In this document: positions 63,620 to 64,000 of the stretch, in pieces
How positions within the stretch are numbered: position 1 is the first letter of the stretch
How the letters are laid out: every line of letters starts with the position of its first letter
DNA from: Antechinus flavipes
Taxonomy: Eukaryota
DNA length: 64,000 nucleotides
Direction of reading: 5' to 3'
Assembly: GCF_016432865.1 (NCBI RefSeq)
Contig: NC_067399.1
Location: 641,824,001-641,888,000 of the forward strand
The notes under the pieces: generated by a model
The model's input: only the letters and a program-made list of their open reading frames with translations
Told to the model about the DNA's origin: nothing
The model's database searches: none
Translations under genes and position numbers: made by a program

Positions 63620-63805
63620 GCAGGACTTCATAAACTTTTTTCCATTATTGCCCCATTTCATTCAAGAAATTTGTATGCAACCCCAAGTATACAAGAGAGG
63701 TATACGAATCAAACATTTGTTGACTATCAGTCACAATTTTGTGACACTCACATTCAGTTTTGAGACCCCTATGGCTTGAGAACCACAGTTTAAGAAGCTC
63801 TGGAC
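63620..63805. mobile_element. Second hAT-like MITE family relic; related copy at about 145-325
   Basis: Both copies share aaattt.tatg.ga.ccca and ctcacattca.tt.tgaga.ccc.tatgg...cagtttaagaag.t. Confidence 0.5.
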
Positions 63806-64000
63806 TAGGGGCCATCCTTCTTTGGATTAAGGGGCCCAAAGAATACCTTGAAAGATGAATACAGAGGATCAAAAAATAGCATGGTAGCTTTAAGCAGGGG
63901 AGGGGGATCTAGTCCCTGGAGGGGAGGAAAGAAGCTTTCAAGCAGGTGGAGAGAGGATGTGAGTTTAATGGTTTTTTCCTGGCAGAGCTAATTCCTCTGA

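Overview
Vertebrate genomic DNA with a marsupial repeat landscape (MAR1 and WSINE1 SINEs, dasyurid-type L1 3' UTRs, abundant L2, L3/CR1 and MIR, low CpG). It is most likely a dasyurid such as the Tasmanian devil; this is inferred from repeats only. The window lies inside one gene, CCDC33, on the minus strand. I assembled nine GT-AG coding exons by hand (56879 down to 3196; 1219 nt, 406 full codons). All splice phases are compatible, and the peptide matches human CCDC33 as I remember it (C2-like domains, then the RPENF linker). The 5' exons and the coiled-coil 3' exons were not found here. Almost all other ORFs in the track are L1 ORF2 remnants, low-complexity sequence or chance. There are no rRNA, tRNA or CRISPR features, and there are two assembly gaps. 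I see no clearly new biological system. The best leads are two candidate alternative first exons in the 18.8 kb intron, an L1 with a 3' transduction, a tail-less L1 with an intact target-site duplication (TSD), an unexplained three-copy ~90 bp tandem array next to a hairpin, an acidic hexamer expansion in a CCDC33 exon, and several enhancer-like blocks. All alignments and counts were done by eye, no database search was run, and repeat boundaries are approximate.
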